A DNA stretch of 64,000 nt from Waterburya sp. (GTDB lineage Bacteria > Cyanobacteriota > Cyanobacteriia > Cyanobacteriales > Xenococcaceae): NCBI GenBank assembly GCA_965217895.1, contig CBDCJV010000002.1, forward strand, positions 2,944,001-3,008,000. The letters run 5' to 3'. A program made the position numbers and the translations under genes. Each line of letters starts with the position of its first letter. The first letter of the stretch is position 1. The notes below the pieces were generated by a model. That model worked only from the letters and a program-made list of their open reading frames with translations. It was not told the DNA's origin and ran no database searches. Positions 30,397 to 41,871 of this stretch are shown here, piece by piece.

Positions 30397-30615
30397 TTAT
30401 GCTTCTGCATCTAGCTCCTCCTCATCTTCGGCTAGGATGTCTTCCAGTTCATTTGTTTCTTTATCATCACTAAAGCGATCTGATTGACTAGGCATAAATC
30501 GACCAGTACTCTTAATCCATCTAAAAAGAGATTCATTTTCTCTAGGGGCGATAATCGATGCAGGTTCGCCTATTGGTTCTTCTTGAAGTGCGGGATTTTG
30601 GTATTTTTTAGTCAT
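30397..30615 (-). CDS. DUF3134-like small protein
   Basis: NPAL.EEP..EPA.II and SL..W...TGRF, with an acidic tail. Confidence 0.7.
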   Translation of the reverse strand: MTKKYQNPALQEEPIGEPASIIAPRENESLFRWIKSTGRFMPSQSDRFSDDKETNELEDILAEDEEELDAEA

Positions 30616-30636
30616 TTTTATTATTGTCTCAAGTTC

Positions 30637-31728
30637 CTATTTAATAAATTGCTTTTTGATAAAAGGTGAAGTCATTGCTGTCAAAAGACTGCCGTAATCG
30701 AGGTTAAAATTTACCCCTATTCCGACTTTGAGATCGGAGTTTATACTATTAATAACCGTGTGATCGCTACTAGATCCCAGTATTTCGAGATCTCGATCTG
30801 GACTTAAACCAGAGATCAGAGTGTCCTGCTTGCCTAAAGCAATAATCGCTCTTTGGTGTGTGCCACGATCTTTGAATACGGGGATATTACCAAAAGCATC
30901 TTGTCCAATTTCTCCAAAAGGTACAGAAGGCTTTATTTTCGATTCAATAACCTCGGCAATCAATTTAAAAGCATTGGTATGTAATTTCGGAATGGCTTGG
31001 CGGTTGACAGTTCCGCAGCCTAGAAGAATTGATTCTCCGATCCGCAGGTTATTAATTCGCCCAACCTGATTAGTGGATTTATACCATTCATAATTAGCGG
31101 AGTTTCCTCCAGAAATTAAAGCCAAATTAATTGAAAAATTTTTTTCTATGGCATCAGTTAATGCTGACAGTTGCTGCATTTTCTGATTGTCAGGCTTGAT
31201 GCCTCCATAGCAAGCCAAATTACAGCCGAGTCCAATAATTTTGAGATAAGGTAAGCAAAGAACTTTTTGAATGAAGAGGAAGATGTCATCAGGAAGTATT
31301 CCCTCTCGCAAGTCGCCCATTTCCACCATTAAAATTATCTGATGGATTTTATTTTGCAAAGAAGCATAATAGTTGAGCTTTTCCAGGGTAGCGATTTCTG
31401 TATTCAGGCTAATATCTACATCTTCAACAACTGATTCTGCTTGACTCAATGCCGTGCGGAGTAAGACAAACTGAGCCGATATTCTGGCATTTTTCATCCG
31501 CTGAATATTTTCTAAACGAGAGTCGGCAATAAACTTAACCCCGCCACGAATCATTGCTTCGGCAATCAACGGCTCTCCTAATACTGCCTTGGAAACTCCC
31601 ATCAAGGAAATACCTTGTTTTCCATAAAGTTCGCATAACATCTGAGCATTATGCTGTATGTCGGACAGGGTAATTTCGATTCTGGGCATAAACCCTTGCG
31701 TATTTTTGTGGCAACTTTTAACGTTCAC
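30637..31728 (-). CDS. PLP-dependent alanine/ornithine racemase family enzyme (fold type III)
   Basis: GVSKA (PLP lysine), ADSR.ENI, GDLREG, SGGNS, LRIGE and GSSSDH. Confidence 0.88.
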   Translation of the reverse strand: MNVKSCHKNTQGFMPRIEITLSDIQHNAQMLCELYGKQGISLMGVSKAVLGEPLIAEAMIRGGVKFIADSRLENIQRMKNARISAQFVLLRTALSQAESVVEDVDISLNTEIATLEKLNYYASLQNKIHQIILMVEMGDLREGILPDDIFLFIQKVLCLPYLKIIGLGCNLACYGGIKPDNQKMQQLSALTDAIEKNFSINLALISGGNSANYEWYKSTNQVGRINNLRIGESILLGCGTVNRQAIPKLHTNAFKLIAEVIESKIKPSVPFGEIGQDAFGNIPVFKDRGTHQRAIIALGKQDTLISGLSPDRDLEILGSSSDHTVINSINSDLKVGIGVNFNLDYGSLLTAMTSPFIKKQFIK

Positions 31729-32846
31729 CCCGTTGTTAATAAAGGACGTATCTGAGAATTTCTTTGGTTTTGTCGTCGGTTGAGAGTGGGAAAAAGCTTA
31801 CTCAAGGCAAGTATTAGTTTGTCACAGCCATAGGTTAAAACATCTGTTGTGGGTAACAAAAGCTGTTCTTCATAGCCTTGGATAGTCTTCTGGATTTCTG
31901 TTTCAGTCAAGTTTTCATGGCTTAAAGCGATCGCAATTACCTGAGATTGGGAAATTGCTTTAATCAACTGAATTTCACTAACAATATTTGGCATTGGTAA
32001 AAGGGGAAAATCGCAACGAAATTTCCTGCTAGGAGGATGTTGTAAAATAACTCCATCTGGCATACATCCTTTAAGAATACCGACAGAACTCATAAAGGCA
32101 GGATGGGATACGGCACTTTGCCCTTCGACTAGAATAATATCGGGATTCTCTTGTTCAAAGGCTCGAACAACAGCGTGTTCTATTTCGCCAATCACAAATT
32201 GAGACACCAGCGCATCGATGGATACGCCATATCTTGCTCCTTGCATCAAGCCAGTTTGACCTGTTGCCACCAGCACTGATTTAATTCCCAGATTGTTTAA
32301 GGCTTTATTTAATTCCACTGCGGTAGTCATTTTACCGCAGGCGCAATCAGTACCTAAAACCGCAATTACAGGAACGGTGACTTTAGCAATTTGACCAGTA
32401 AACACATGGAGATCTTTTAATTCGGGCGGTTTTCTAATATCTTGAATTTCGACTCCCCACCGATTAGCCGCTTCAATAAATTCAGTATCTTCAGAAAAGA
32501 ACTGATGAAGACCATTAATGATATCCATTCCTTCGCTCATTGCTTCCAAGATTAAGGCTCTTTCAGCAATAGCTATGGTCGCTTCTAAAGTAGCTTTGCC
32601 GTAAATGTAGCAGTCTGGAACATTTGCTAAGTTAGCTAAAGCTGAATCTAAGTTAGTAAAAATGGGAATATGGTTCTTTTTATTATCTAACTCTTCTCCT
32701 GCATCTTTACCAGCTAAGGAACTATCAATTACTCCCACAATATTATAAGTTTCGGAGTGTCGGACTAACCCTGCTGCGGTTTTGCCATCCATTAAGCCAA
32801 ATTGATTTTCACAGTAAACCAAAGCTGTTTTTTTATTAACTAACAT
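31725..32846 (-). CDS. DUF1611 (DgcN-like) protein with P-loop
   Basis: GKTA.GLVR, GTDCACGKMTT, TGQTG and VEGQ...HP. Confidence 0.88.
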   Translation of the reverse strand: MLVNKKTALVYCENQFGLMDGKTAAGLVRHSETYNIVGVIDSSLAGKDAGEELDNKKNHIPIFTNLDSALANLANVPDCYIYGKATLEATIAIAERALILEAMSEGMDIINGLHQFFSEDTEFIEAANRWGVEIQDIRKPPELKDLHVFTGQIAKVTVPVIAVLGTDCACGKMTTAVELNKALNNLGIKSVLVATGQTGLMQGARYGVSIDALVSQFVIGEIEHAVVRAFEQENPDIILVEGQSAVSHPAFMSSVGILKGCMPDGVILQHPPSRKFRCDFPLLPMPNIVSEIQLIKAISQSQVIAIALSHENLTETEIQKTIQGYEEQLLLPTTDVLTYGCDKLILALSKLFPTLNRRQNQRNSQIRPLLTTG

Positions 32847-33892
32847 TAAGATTATTTTCCCTCTGAAATTTCTTGAGCATTCATATTTTATGTCTCCTGA
32901 AATATGTATTTGAAAAGCAAGTTAAGTAATTTAATTAGAAAGCTGGCTATTTTTTGGTAACAGTAAATACAACCGCTTTATAGATGACAAAGTAGAATAT
33001 ATTAAATATCAAGGGCAAATGTATCTACTTATCATCAATCTAGTATGTATGGCTGCTTTCCTTTGACTGTTTACGTTTAAACCAATCGTTGAGAAGACAT
33101 ATCTAAATAAAATATGTATTGTTAAAATCCGATTTTTGTTGGTGTCTAGCTCGGTGAAGTCAGCAGAAAACTGTAGCTGAATCCATAATCTTTGTTAACC
33201 TTAGAGGCTAAAAATATTTCAATTACAGGCACTAATCACTTATTTTTAATTGGTAACTTCAGAAGCAATTTTGAAGCTACAAAACGAAACAAATTAGCTA
33301 GATAAAACCAAGAAAAAATAGATATTTATGGCAAGTGAATCGGCATCAAAGTTCTTCCTCGATTAATGGGTGTAGAGATCTATACTCGGAAGGAGGTTTG
33401 TGAATCTAAAAAATCAAGATTCCGAAAATATTTCTTAACACTTTAAATTGTAACGCGGAACTCTATTACAAATAAGATCGAGACATAACTCTTATTAATC
33501 GTCGATCTTATTTGATAACTTTTCAGGCGGGAGCGATCGCGCTGATAAGTAAGAACATCAACTTGAATTAGTCTTTAGCTTCTCAAATACCTTAATATTA
33601 TTGTTGTGTAGAACCACGAAGTTGAAAACTTTTTATTATTTACGATCTATCTATCTTCCTTCAAAATAGCTTTTAGCTTAAATTATATTAGAGTGAAATT
33701 GTGAGATTTAATGCAGCTACATTAAAGTAATAACTTATTGTCAATAGCATAAATATTTGACGTTGCTGAATCAAGACATAGAATATTTTTGTATTGTGAT
33801 CTTAATTACTATTAAATAATTTAAATAGTGTGTCCCATTAAAAATCAATATTTTAGAAAATGATTTGAATAAAAGACACACATTACAGCTTT

Positions 33893-35410
33893 TTAGCCCA
33901 GGCTATCTTTAAGATTATCGCTTACTCTTAAAGCATTTGCCACGATGGTTAAGGTAGGATTTACCGCACCCATGCTAGGAAAGAAGCTAGCATCAACAAC
34001 ATAAAGATTTTCGACATCATGAGTACGACAGTTAAGATCGAGAACGTTGGTTTTAGGGTCTGAACCAAATCTACAGGTACCTACCTGATGCCATACTGCG
34101 CTTAAAGGTACTTCGGTTATCATAAACATAAAAAATCCAACTTTACGTAGATATCCCTGCCACATATCAAGAAACTGCTGATGAGCTTTGGTATTATTGC
34201 GAGTAAAGTCCACCTTAATTTTTCCTGCTTCTGTAAGGGTGACACGATTATCAAGATCGGGTAAGTCTTCGCTAGTTAGCCACCAGTCTACGGCGTGGTC
34301 TGCAATATATTCTAAAGTTGCTTGAGGTACTGAGTCAGGAGAAAAAGTTGCTAATCGATTCCATTTCGATTTACCCGTCATTTGAATTTGTCCCAAAGGA
34401 TAGTCATGTTCGGGACTGCCAAAATAAAAGTCATTAAAACCAAGAGTTTTTTGGAATTTAGTTGGATTAGGCTTATCGGCGATCGCCATTATGGCAGAAT
34501 GGTTATGCAACATTAAGTTGCGTCCTACCATGCCCGAAGAGTTTGCTAAACCTTCAGGACATTGCTCATTAGCTGATTTTAGGAGTAAGGCAGCAGAGTT
34601 AATTGCCCCAGCAGAAAGCACAAAAGTATCGGCAGAATATTGTTCTTTATTGCCGTCAATTTCTACTTCTACAGTTTTTACCTGTCTGCCACTATCATCA
34701 GTAATTAATTTTGTAACCAGAGCATTGATTTTTAACTCTATATTTTCATATTCTGTAGCAGGATCGACACAGGCTATTTGAGCATCAAGTTTGGCATCAA
34801 TTTTGCAGGGATAAGGATCGCAGGTAGCACAGCGAATACAGTTGCTATTTTCAGGGTCTTCAACGTTGCGGTCTACTGCTAGGGTTAAATGATGGGGATG
34901 CAAACCCAATTTTTGTAAATCATTTGCTACCTCCTCCATACGTGGTTCGTGAGGTAGAGGGGGGAAAGGATATTCGGCGGACATAGGCGGTTCGGTGGGA
35001 TCTTCCCCTTTTTGCCCGTGTATTTTAAATATACTTTCGGCACGGGTATAATAAGTCTCTAGATCTTGATAGCTTAATTCCCAAGCAGGAGATATACCAC
35101 CTTTATGTTTTACTTCGCCAAAGTCGGCTTCACGCATTCTCTGTAAAGCTGCGCCATAAACTTTAGTATTACCGCCAACATTATAAAAAGCTTGGGGTAC
35201 AAAACTATTGTTGTCCTTGTCAAACCATTTTTCTGTTACCTGATATTTTTTATCCTGAAAAATTGCCTCAGGATTCCAATTGTCATCTTCTTTTGGTAAA
35301 TATCCTCCTCTTTCAATAATTAAAATGCGTTTTCCCGTAGGCGCAAGAGAATAAGCTACTGTTCCGCCACCGGCACCCGCACCGATAATAATAATGTCGT
35401 AATGATTCAT
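33893..35410 (-). CDS. GMC-family FAD oxidoreductase
   Basis: IIIGAGAGGG, VGGNT, HQVGTCRFG and DASFFPS..AVNPTLT. Confidence 0.92.
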   Translation of the reverse strand: MNHYDIIIIGAGAGGGTVAYSLAPTGKRILIIERGGYLPKEDDNWNPEAIFQDKKYQVTEKWFDKDNNSFVPQAFYNVGGNTKVYGAALQRMREADFGEVKHKGGISPAWELSYQDLETYYTRAESIFKIHGQKGEDPTEPPMSAEYPFPPLPHEPRMEEVANDLQKLGLHPHHLTLAVDRNVEDPENSNCIRCATCDPYPCKIDAKLDAQIACVDPATEYENIELKINALVTKLITDDSGRQVKTVEVEIDGNKEQYSADTFVLSAGAINSAALLLKSANEQCPEGLANSSGMVGRNLMLHNHSAIMAIADKPNPTKFQKTLGFNDFYFGSPEHDYPLGQIQMTGKSKWNRLATFSPDSVPQATLEYIADHAVDWWLTSEDLPDLDNRVTLTEAGKIKVDFTRNNTKAHQQFLDMWQGYLRKVGFFMFMITEVPLSAVWHQVGTCRFGSDPKTNVLDLNCRTHDVENLYVVDASFFPSMGAVNPTLTIVANALRVSDNLKDSLG

Positions 35411-35668
35411 GTTTTTAGTTGATTAATTTTTAACTGTATTGATGTTTTTTTAATGTATATCAGATAAGTTAGTAGTTCGTAGTTCGTCGTATGTAGTCTT
35501 TTTAAACTATCAACTACTAAACTAGTAATTACCTTTTGTACAAGCTTAGAATAGCAGTGAGACTCTCCTCTAAAAGGTTTGGCAGTTCCTATATTGGCTG
35601 TCTAACATCTCAGTTCGCCTATTGCCTCTTGTTAAAGTAGTCTCTGGTGATTTGTGCAACAAGTCTAA

Positions 35669-37267
35669 TTAAATCAGATCGATCCAGTTAATTTCAGTAT
35701 TTTTTATTTCATTTGCGTCTGGCATTTTTTGCTGACGCATCAGTTCGGAAATAGCTGCAATATCCTTATCTCTATTTACTCCTGCAACTGCCATTACCTT
35801 GTTGTTTTGCAAATAGAATGCCAGAAATTCGGACTCTTCCAAATTCTCACCAACTTTTCCATCAATTTTGATTTCATCCCATGATTCAGCGTGTCCCACA
35901 TAGCGTAGTTTTAAGTCATATTGACCAGACCAAAAGAAAGGAACAATATCATCAGCTTTTGCTAACTTACTTTTTTCTAGCATATTGATTGCTGCAATCT
36001 TGCCGTGCTGTGCTGCTAGTCGCCAGTGTTCGATGCGGGTTGATTCTCCCATAGGTTGATAGGGAAAAGAAGCAATATCTCCTGCTGCGTAGATGTCTTT
36101 TATTTCAGTTTGCAGATATTCATTGACAGGAATACTCTGATCTTTCTCGTTAAGCTCAATTCCCTCTAAGTAACCAGTGTTGGGTTGAACACCAATACCA
36201 ACAATAACTAGGTCAGTAGCTATTTTTTCGCCGTTTTCTAAAACAGCATATTCAACTTTGCCATCGCCACCAAATTCTGTTGCTTTAGTTCCAAATTTAA
36301 AGGTTACGCCGTTTTGCTCATGAAGCTTCTGGAACATCTTACCTAATCGATCGCCTAATATCTTTTTAAAAGGGACATCACTAGGAGAAACTACAACAAC
36401 CTCTAACCCTTGCTGATTTAAACTAGCTGCTGCTTCCATACCAATAAAGCTCGAACCGATTATCAAAGCTTTCTTCGCTTTTTTAACTTCCGTCAGAATC
36501 GAGTTGACATCTTCTGTATTCCTTAAGGTAAAAATATTAGCTAGATTTGACCCTGGCAGATCCATTTTCTTGGCTTGTCCTCCTGTAGCAAGCAGTAAAG
36601 AATCATACTCAAGGCTTGAATTGTCTGCAAAAGTAATTAATTTATTTATAGAATCTACCTTAGTGACTGCCTCACCAAAGCGCAAATCTATATTATGTTG
36701 GTCGTAAAACTCACAGCTACGTAAAGGCAAAGAATCTTCTTCAGCCTTACCTTGAAGATAGTTTTTACTTAACTTAGTACGGTCATAGGGTAGCTTTTGT
36801 TCGGCACTGACTAAAACAACTTTTCCCTGAAAACCTTCCTGGCGTAAAGTTTCTACGGCAATGGTTCCTGCTGACCCTGCCCCCAAAATCACAAAGGTAC
36901 GCTGGTCAACTTTCGGTTCATACCTTGCCATAGCTAGAGTTCGCTGCTGAGGTACAGACTCTGGCAGCCTTACTAATATCTGCTCTCCCTCTACTCTGAC
37001 AGGAAAATTTGTGAGAGAATCTAAGGCTGGAGGTTCTTCCTGTTGTCCTGCGATCGCATTAAAACAGGCATTATGCCAAGGGCAAACAATTCTTTCCTTA
37101 CATAAAATTCCTTTGGCTAAAGGTGCGCCATAGTGGGTGCAAAATGCTCCTGTAGCGTAAAATTGACCGTCAATCTTAGATAATAATATTTGGTCGTCAC
37201 CTACAGCTATTTGCTGCATTTGACCGTCTTCTAGTTCACCGACTTGGGCTACAGCTATTTCCTTCAT
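35669..37267 (-). CDS. Rieske [2Fe-2S] domain plus FAD-dependent pyridine nucleotide oxidoreductase (AIFM3-like)
   Basis: CTHYG...CPWH Rieske motif; GAGSAG, PYDRTKLSK, GSSFIG and RIEHW. Start placed at MKEIAV. Confidence 0.9.
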   Translation of the reverse strand: MKEIAVAQVGELEDGQMQQIAVGDDQILLSKIDGQFYATGAFCTHYGAPLAKGILCKERIVCPWHNACFNAIAGQQEEPPALDSLTNFPVRVEGEQILVRLPESVPQQRTLAMARYEPKVDQRTFVILGAGSAGTIAVETLRQEGFQGKVVLVSAEQKLPYDRTKLSKNYLQGKAEEDSLPLRSCEFYDQHNIDLRFGEAVTKVDSINKLITFADNSSLEYDSLLLATGGQAKKMDLPGSNLANIFTLRNTEDVNSILTEVKKAKKALIIGSSFIGMEAAASLNQQGLEVVVVSPSDVPFKKILGDRLGKMFQKLHEQNGVTFKFGTKATEFGGDGKVEYAVLENGEKIATDLVIVGIGVQPNTGYLEGIELNEKDQSIPVNEYLQTEIKDIYAAGDIASFPYQPMGESTRIEHWRLAAQHGKIAAINMLEKSKLAKADDIVPFFWSGQYDLKLRYVGHAESWDEIKIDGKVGENLEESEFLAFYLQNNKVMAVAGVNRDKDIAAISELMRQQKMPDANEIKNTEINWIDLI

Positions 37268-37739
37268 ATACTGTGAGGCTAAATTTGGACAAAAGTGATC
37301 GGTTAATAAATTTGTTAAGCCAGGACGCATAAAACATTTAATAGCGATCGCATCTTTGACTTAATATTTATTAACATTTATTTTCCAATAAATTAAATCT
37401 TGTTTGTATCTGACAATAGTATTAGATCGATTTCAAAATTTATGCTTATATCAGCATTTGATGCTTCGGTAATTAAAATGCTGTCTGTAATCATCTATCA
37501 AAAGTTGTATAAATTTTTAACTGCGCTTATTTTTTTATCGCTCATCGAGATAATGGATATACTGCGGTAGTTAAAAATAAAGTTCTACACTCATAAATAA
37601 GCACACATAAAATAAACTTCATTTCTATCTTTATGCCTCAACTTCTTTTCTGCGCCTCTGTGATTCTGTGCGAGACTCAATAAATCATAAAAAATGCAAA
37701 AATAAATAAATACGGTAAATTGCATCTATCTAAACTACT

Positions 37740-40433
37740 ATGGTCGATCTCCCACACCTAAGCGGTAGCGATATCCGCGACAAGTTTTTAAAATTCTACG
37801 AGTCCAGACAGCATAAGATATTGCCCAGCGCATCTTTAATTCCCGAAGATCCGACGGTGATGCTGACTATTGCGGGAATGCTGCCTTTTAAACCAATATT
37901 TTTGGGACAGCGCAAAGCACCTCAAGCCCGCGCTACTACATCCCAAAAGTGTATTCGCACCAATGATATTGAGAATGTAGGACGTACCGCCAGACATCAT
38001 ACTTTCTTTGAGATGCTGGGTAACTTTAGCTTTGGCGATTATTTCAAAGAACAGGCGATCGCTTGGGCATGGGAACTATCAACTCAAGTATATCAATTAC
38101 CAGCAGAGAGAATTATTCCTAGTGTTTATCACGATGATGACGAGGCTTTTGCTATTTGGCGCGACAACATAGGTATTCCCGAACACCGTATTCAGCGTCT
38201 GGGAAAAGATAACTTCTGGGAATCTGGTATTACTGGCCCTTGTGGTCCTAGTTCGGAGTTATTCTACGATTTTCATCCAGAATTAGGCGATGAGAATATC
38301 GATTTAGAAGATGACAGCAGATTTATCGAGTTTTATAACTTGGTATTTATGCAATATAACCGTGATGCAGAAGGAAATCTGACACCTTTAGCCAACAAAA
38401 ATATTGATACGGGTTTGGGTTTGGAAAGGATGGCGCAAATCCTCCAGCAAGTACCAAATAATTATGAAACTGATTTAATTCTGCCAATTATCGAGACTGC
38501 TGCTGAAATTGCAGGAGTAGATTATGCCCAAGCCGACGATCAAACTAAAACTTCCCTCAAAGTAATTGGCGATCACGTTCGGGCAGTAGTTCACATGATT
38601 GCAGACGGGGTGACTGCTTCTAATGTCGGCAGAGGTTATATTCTACGTCGTCTAATCCGTCGAGTGATTCGTCACGGCAGATTGATAGGCATTGAAGGGA
38701 ATTTTATTAACCAAGTTGTCGAAAGTGCGATCGCCTTATCCGAATCAGCTTATCCTAACGTTAGAGAAAGGGAAGAGTTTATCAAAAGTCAGCTACAAAG
38801 AGAAGAATCGCAATTTCTCAAGACATTAGAGAGAGGAGAAAAAATACTAGCAGATATTATTGCTGAGGCAGCTAATCTATCGGTAAGTCAGATATCGGGC
38901 AAAGATGCTTTTGAACTCTATGACACCTACGGTTTTCCTTTAGAATTAACTCAAGAAATCGCCGAAGAACAGGGAATGACTGTCGATCTTGAAGGTTTTG
39001 AACAGGAAATGGAGTCACAAAAAACCCGTTCTAAAGATTCTCATGAGGCGATCGACTTAATGACTCAAAACGCTCTAGGTGAAATAGTCAAAGACAGTAA
39101 TGAAACTAGCTTTTTAGGTTATTCTCAGCTTGCAGTACAATCTCAGATTATGGGAATTGTGGTTAACAACAATGATGATGATAGGGGCAGTTCGCGAACT
39201 GCCCTTACGCAAAACGCCCTTACTGCCACTGCGGGTGATACGGTGCAAATAATTCTCGATCAAACCCCATTTTATGGTGAGTCTGGAGGGCAAATTGGCG
39301 ATCGCGGTTATCTATCTGTTGGGGCGAACGGCCGTTCGCCCTTACTAATCCGCATTGAAGACGTACAAAAGGACGGCAATGTCTTCATCCACAAAGGAAA
39401 AGTCGAGCGAGGTACGGTAAATTTAGGAGATGTGGTTAACTCAACTATAGACCGCGCCTGTCGTCGTCGAGTTCAGGCGAATCATACCGCAACTCATTTA
39501 TTACAGGCTGCCCTTAAGAAAATAGTTGATGATTCAGTATCTCAAGCTGGTTCATTAGTTAGCTTTGATCGCTTGCGCTTTGATTTTAATTCTCCTCGTC
39601 CTCTAACCCCAGAAGACGTGCAGCAAGTAGAAGATTTGGTCAACACCTGGATTTCTGAGGCGCACGAAGCCGATGTAAACGTGATGCCCGTCGAAGATGC
39701 TAAAGCTAAAGGGGCAACGGCTATGTTTGGCGAAAAGTATGGCGATGAAGTCAGAGTTATTGACTTTCCTGGAGTCTCGATGGAACTTTGTGGCGGTACT
39801 CATGTAACCAATACCGCAGAAATTGGCGTATTTAAAATCATCTCCGAAACTGGTATTGCTTCTGGAGTCAGAAGAATTGAAGCAGTAGCGGGGGCTGCTA
39901 TTCTAGATTATCTAAACGTGCGGGATAAAGTAGTTAAAGAATTGAGCGACAAGTTTAAAGTTAAGCCAGAAGAAATTGGCGATCGCGTCTTGAGTTTGCA
40001 AACCGAACTTAAAACTACTCAAAAGGAACTAGAAGCAGCAAAACAAGAACTGGCACTGGCTAAATCCGATAGCTTATTGTCTCAGGCGGAAACAATAGGT
40101 AAATATAAAGTTTTAGTAGCAAATATGGGGGAAATGGATGCCAAATCCTTGCAGTCTGCTGCTGAAAGATTACAGCAAAAATTAGGCGAATCAGCCGTAG
40201 TTGTTGCTTCTATTCCCTCAGAAGATAAAGTTAGTCTGGTAGCTGCCTTTAGTCAGCAGGTTATTCAAGCCAAACAACTACAGGCTGGTAAATTCATCGG
40301 CGAGATTGCCAAAATTTGCGGTGGCGGAGGCGGAGGCAGACCAAATGTGGCACAGGCAGGGGGCAGAGATGCTAGTAAAATAGATGAGGCTTTGGATACC
40401 GCTAGACAACAGTTAGTTGCGGAGTTGAGTTAG
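37740..40433 (+). CDS. alaS: Alanine--tRNA ligase
   Basis: [24 protein letters not shown], editing motifs HTATH and ELCGGTH, and GGGGRP..AQAGG. Confidence 0.98.
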   Translation: MVDLPHLSGSDIRDKFLKFYESRQHKILPSASLIPEDPTVMLTIAGMLPFKPIFLGQRKAPQARATTSQKCIRTNDIENVGRTARHHTFFEMLGNFSFGDYFKEQAIAWAWELSTQVYQLPAERIIPSVYHDDDEAFAIWRDNIGIPEHRIQRLGKDNFWESGITGPCGPSSELFYDFHPELGDENIDLEDDSRFIEFYNLVFMQYNRDAEGNLTPLANKNIDTGLGLERMAQILQQVPNNYETDLILPIIETAAEIAGVDYAQADDQTKTSLKVIGDHVRAVVHMIADGVTASNVGRGYILRRLIRRVIRHGRLIGIEGNFINQVVESAIALSESAYPNVREREEFIKSQLQREESQFLKTLERGEKILADIIAEAANLSVSQISGKDAFELYDTYGFPLELTQEIAEEQGMTVDLEGFEQEMESQKTRSKDSHEAIDLMTQNALGEIVKDSNETSFLGYSQLAVQSQIMGIVVNNNDDDRGSSRTALTQNALTATAGDTVQIILDQTPFYGESGGQIGDRGYLSVGANGRSPLLIRIEDVQKDGNVFIHKGKVERGTVNLGDVVNSTIDRACRRRVQANHTATHLLQAALKKIVDDSVSQAGSLVSFDRLRFDFNSPRPLTPEDVQQVEDLVNTWISEAHEADVNVMPVEDAKAKGATAMFGEKYGDEVRVIDFPGVSMELCGGTHVTNTAEIGVFKIISETGIASGVRRIEAVAGAAILDYLNVRDKVVKELSDKFKVKPEEIGDRVLSLQTELKTTQKELEAAKQELALAKSDSLLSQAETIGKYKVLVANMGEMDAKSLQSAAERLQQKLGESAVVVASIPSEDKVSLVAAFSQQVIQAKQLQAGKFIGEIAKICGGGGGGRPNVAQAGGRDASKIDEALDTARQQLVAELS
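39182..39208. repeat. REP-like palindrome inside alaS
   Basis: Perfect 20-bp palindrome GGGCAGTTCGCGAACTGCCC (39185-39204) in TAGG...TTAC context. Confidence 0.8.
39318..39345. repeat. REP-like palindrome inside alaS
   Basis: Perfect 20-bp palindrome GGGCGAACGGCCGTTCGCCC (39322-39341) followed by TTAC. Confidence 0.8.
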
Positions 40434-40439
40434 ATCTAA

Positions 40440-40522
40440 TACTAAAATCCGATTGACAAAAGTAGTTATCAACTTTCTGACTTCTGGAATAAATAACTCA
40501 TCTATACGAACAGGATTTAGTA
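40440..40522. mobile_element. Short MITE with IS630-like ends
   Basis: TACTAAAATCCGATT...GGATTTAGTA; ends match the TIRs of the neighbouring IS. Confidence 0.7.
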
Positions 40523-40654
40523 TGATGGCTGGGTTGAATGCCTCTGCAATTGCTCTTCTTGCCTTCGTTCAACCCAACTCAGATTATATAGTTACAGTCA
40601 TTCCAATTAATTTCCTCATGAATTAACTGGTTTTAAGCCAGAGGTTAGAGGTCA

Positions 40655-41815
40655 TACTAAATCCGATTACCAAAGTGTGTATAAAATAGTGAGGAATAAC
40701 TTAAAAATGTTAAATGCCAAAAACAGCTTATTTAGCAAAACATTTTAGTTCTTCTGAACTAAAAGAAAAGTATCTGAAGAGTCAAAACTCAGTGGAAGTG
40801 AGAAGATGGCATCTGAATCGCGAAAATATCTTTGGGATGGACGATTAAAAATAGTGCGCTCGCTGTGGGATGTTCTTATTCTTATGCTCAAAAGATTCTC
40901 GGTCGGTACAACCTCTATGGAGAGGAAGGGGTCAAAAATTGCCAAAATAAAACCAGCAATCATGTTAGAGGAAAAAAAAGGTTACTATCACAACCACAAT
41001 TAGAAAAACTAACAAAAGCGATCGCCAAAGAGTTACCAGACGGAGGAATCTGGACAGGAACTAAGGTAGCTCGCTGGATTGAAAAAGAAACGGGCAGAGA
41101 AAAAGTCGGGAATCAGAGAGGATGGGACTACTTAAAAAAGTGCGGTTACTCTTGGCAAAGTCCAAGACCAACACATAAAAAAGCCAATAAATTAGAGCAA
41201 GAGATGTTCAAAAGTAACTTGCCATTGAAACTTAAGCAACTTGAACAAGAAAATCCAGATGTGGAGGTAGAACTGTGGTTTTTCGACGAGCATAGAGTAG
41301 GATTAAAACCAATACTAAAAAAGGTTTGGTCAAAAGTTGGTCATCGACCAGAAGCAATAGTACAACATCGATACGAATGGTTGTATGTTTATGGGTTCGT
41401 TAAGCCAAAAACTGGAGAAACTTTATGGTATCTAATTCCCAGAGTTAATACAAATTGGCTGAATCTGGTTTATCAACAGTTTGCTATTGATGCTGGAATT
41501 AATAATCAAAAAAAATTCTTTTGATAGAAGATAATGCAGGATGGCATCACAGCAAAAAAGCGATTATTCCAGAGGGAATAAAGATTGATTTTTTACCTCC
41601 TTATTCTCCAGAGTTACAGCCAGCCGAAAGGTTATGGCAGTTAGTAGATGAACCTCTGGTAAATCAATATTTTGAAACTATCAATGAGATAGAGGACATT
41701 TTAGTTGAGCGTTGTTGTGTAGTCAGTGAAATGAAAGATGAAGTTCGTAAATTGACTAACTATCATTGGCTAAAAAACGCTTGTTGTTTACATACTTTAT
41801 AAATCGGATTTAGTA
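40655..41815 (+). mobile_element. IS630-family insertion sequence
   Basis: TIRs TA-CTAAATCCGATT.. and ..AATCGGATTTAG-TA with a TA target duplication; encloses transposase frames. Confidence 0.9.
40714..41802 (+). pseudogene. IS630 transposase, frameshifted twice
   Basis: MPKTAYL..RRWHL / LGWTIKNS..WFFDEHRVG / EDNAGWH..LPPYSPELQPAE in three frames; breaks near 40815 and at the A8 run 41508-41515. Confidence 0.85.
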
Positions 41816-41871
41816 TTAATCATTCATAACAAACATTTGACCACTTTACATAAAATGGGAACTAGCAACAA

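Noticed and set aside
32852..32884. 10-codon upstream ORF (MNAQEISEGK) with AGGAGA RBS before the DUF1611 gene
   Set aside because: Cannot be told apart from chance or a frameshifted N-terminal extension without homologue alignment.
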